DNA of 64,000 bases, taken from Rhodosorus marinus CCMP1338 (Eukaryota > Plantae > Rhodophyta). The stretch is taken from the NCBI GenBank assembly GCA_029953675.1, contig JAMWBK010000010.1:868001-932000 (forward strand), given 5' to 3'. The notes under the pieces were generated by a model. The model did no database searches, had not been told where the DNA came from, and saw nothing but the letters and a program-made list of their open reading frames with translations. Each line of letters starts with the position of its first letter. The first letter of the stretch is position 1. This document shows, one piece after another, positions 63,521-64,000 of this stretch. The translations under genes and the position numbers were made by a program.

Positions 63521-64000
63521 GTCGTAAAATAACCGTCTAATTTTAATTCATGATATGCACCCTACACCAGCACCACAGTCTTTCCAAGAGTCCCACCATC
63601 CCGGTACAACCTCATCAGTCGCTTTTACCCCCCAACCTTCCATGATCGCGAAGGCTAAAGCAATTCGACGAAAAGGAGCGCAAGAACGCGACCTGCTTTG
63701 CCCAACACAGCTCCAGCCCACAAGAAACCTCAATTTCTTGGGCCTAGTTGATAAGGAAAATTTTTGTATGAAAAAAGCAAGAAAAACAGGATACCTTTTA
63801 CTCAACCTTAGATAAAATTTTAAAGTTCTTGATACCCTATCTATTTTCTCCTTGATTCAACAACGAAATTCATATAATTTGTAAGGATTGGTGAGATCAG
63901 ATCACTCTATTGGTTATTGACCTGTTGAACAAGAACTGTACGACCAACGAAGGCAAGCTTGTTGAGGATCATTCGAGACTGGGCAACTGATGACTTAGAT

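Noticed and set aside
63900-64000. Possible 3' end of a minus-strand gene (SKSSVAQSRMILNKLAFVGRTVLVQQVNNQ-stop)
   Set aside because: Too short and cut by the window edge to support a call.

Overview
This is eukaryotic nuclear DNA: compact and gene-dense, with short GT-AG introns (GTAAG/GTGAG/GTACG donors, CTAAC/CTGAC-type branch points). Several N-terminal extensions have an early Phe (M..F[V/I/A]), typical of red-algal plastid transit peptides, so a red alga is the likely source (inference). About 21 protein genes are supported: MOV10/SDE3 helicase (3' part, frameshifted), a HAD-like protein, CPSF6-like RRM/RD protein, PP2A catalytic subunit, eIF4G-like, an ankyrin protein, a UVR+TolB-like propeller protein, a small cyanobacterial-type protein, NOL10, CPSF2, a triple zinc-ribbon protein, TsaE, RPS8, type II PanK, GH47 mannosidase, T7-type organellar RNA polymerase, NCBP2, Misato, and three tandem plastid-targeted DUF3598-like paralogues. 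Mobile DNA not evident from the ORF track: (1) a copia/gypsy chimeric remnant at 6.3-8.9 kb; (2) a 1.44-kb non-autonomous TIR element with perfect 18-bp inverted ends and about 15 subterminal GCCCTAT motifs at 34.8-36.2 kb; (3) three 5'-truncated copies of what looks like a non-LTR retroelement 3' end (GSE-stop plus (GAT)n tail) at 31.1, 35.9 and 59.8 kb. I found no tRNA, rRNA or CRISPR array. All family calls come from motif recognition by eye, with no database searches, and exon boundaries are manual estimates.
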